The notes below the pieces were generated by a model that was given only the letters and a program-made list of their open reading frames with translations, was not told where the DNA came from and made no database searches. The position numbers and the translations under genes are program-made. A stretch of DNA of 64,000 nt from Lytechinus pictus (taxonomy: Eukaryota), in NCBI RefSeq assembly GCF_037042905.1, contig NC_087252.1:558001-622000 (forward strand). The letters run 5' to 3'. Below are positions 63,321 to 64,000 of the stretch, one piece after another; positions within the stretch are counted from its first letter, which is position 1, and every line of letters begins with the position of its first letter.

Positions 63321-64000
63321 TCTTCTTCTTATTCTTCCTCCACTTTTTTCGGAGATCAGCACCAAGATGCAGTAAGGCGTAATCCATTCGTCCATCCAGT
63401 ACATTGCATTTGAAGGTTAATTTACATAATCAATTCATTGAGGACAGGAAAGAGATACGTTTCATATGAATTTTATATAAAAATAGCAGAGTATCTGTTA
63501 CAAGCTGACAGCAAACTGAAGGAGGAAGATTAAGAGAGCTTGGTAAAAGTACCACTCTACTATAATGGTTGTTCTTGAAGGGGTCATATAGACATAATAT
63601 TTCATCTTGCATATGCCTTCTTTTTAGTTTTGCAAGAAAGTCTTCCCTGTGAGATAGTAAATAGTCACAGGATCCAACAAAATGATCTGCATCTTCATCT
63701 TCCTTGTTACAAAGCTGGCACGTGGCTGTATTAGACTTTTTAATAGTTAGAAGTCTTGCCTGCACAGGGTAAGTTTGGCACAGCAGTTGGGATCTGATCA
63801 TTACAGCTTGACGCAGGAAGTTGGAACTGCTATTGCGTGGATATAGATGATTTGGAGGGGGGATGCTGATGCTCCTCCAGAAAGAGAGTGTGGATTTTAA
63901 TTGAACTGCCTCTGATGTTTTGCAGACTACCATACTATTAACAGCAGACTTCACAAGCTTTTTCCATTGACTGTATGGTACAGGATGCAGGATGAGAGAG
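63321..64000 (-). mobile_element. LINE 3' end (C-terminal CCHC zinc finger, (GAA)n-like tail), continues beyond window
   Basis: ORF 63430-63954: RSQLLCQTYPVQ...TCQLCNKEDEDADHFVGSC; short 3' UTR and cttcttctt tail at ~63320-63335. Confidence 0.75.

Overview
AT-rich, intron-containing eukaryotic (invertebrate deuterostome, most likely sea urchin; inferred from gene and repeat types) DNA with no prokaryotic features, forming an immune/cell-surface receptor locus packed with transposons. I reconstruct by hand: (1) an apparently intact 392-aa Ig V + C1-like + TM receptor with a Gly-rich acidic tail (+, 3668-9186); (2) a tandem family of secreted EGF + C-type lectin genes on the - strand: intact-ORF copy A (25285-16431), pseudogenised copy B (60124-53510) and the flank of a third unit at the window end; (3) a 5'-truncated nephrin-like Ig3-FN3-TM pseudogene with a tyrosine-motif-rich tail (+, 26813-37305); (4) an L2-like LINE split by a young, near-intact CR1-type LINE and by a Harbinger-like insert, two further LINE fragments, SINEs (one with a 7SL-like head), many MITEs (Kolobok-, hAT-, Tc1/mariner-, Harbinger- and IS3EU-like) and microsatellites. 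Most notable: strongly non-synonymous divergence confined to the sugar-binding exon of the lectin paralogues, a 7SL-headed SINE, inverted intronic repeats bracketing the TM exon block, an IS3EU-like foldback element and a P-element-type footprint. All gene models are manual predictions without transcript evidence.
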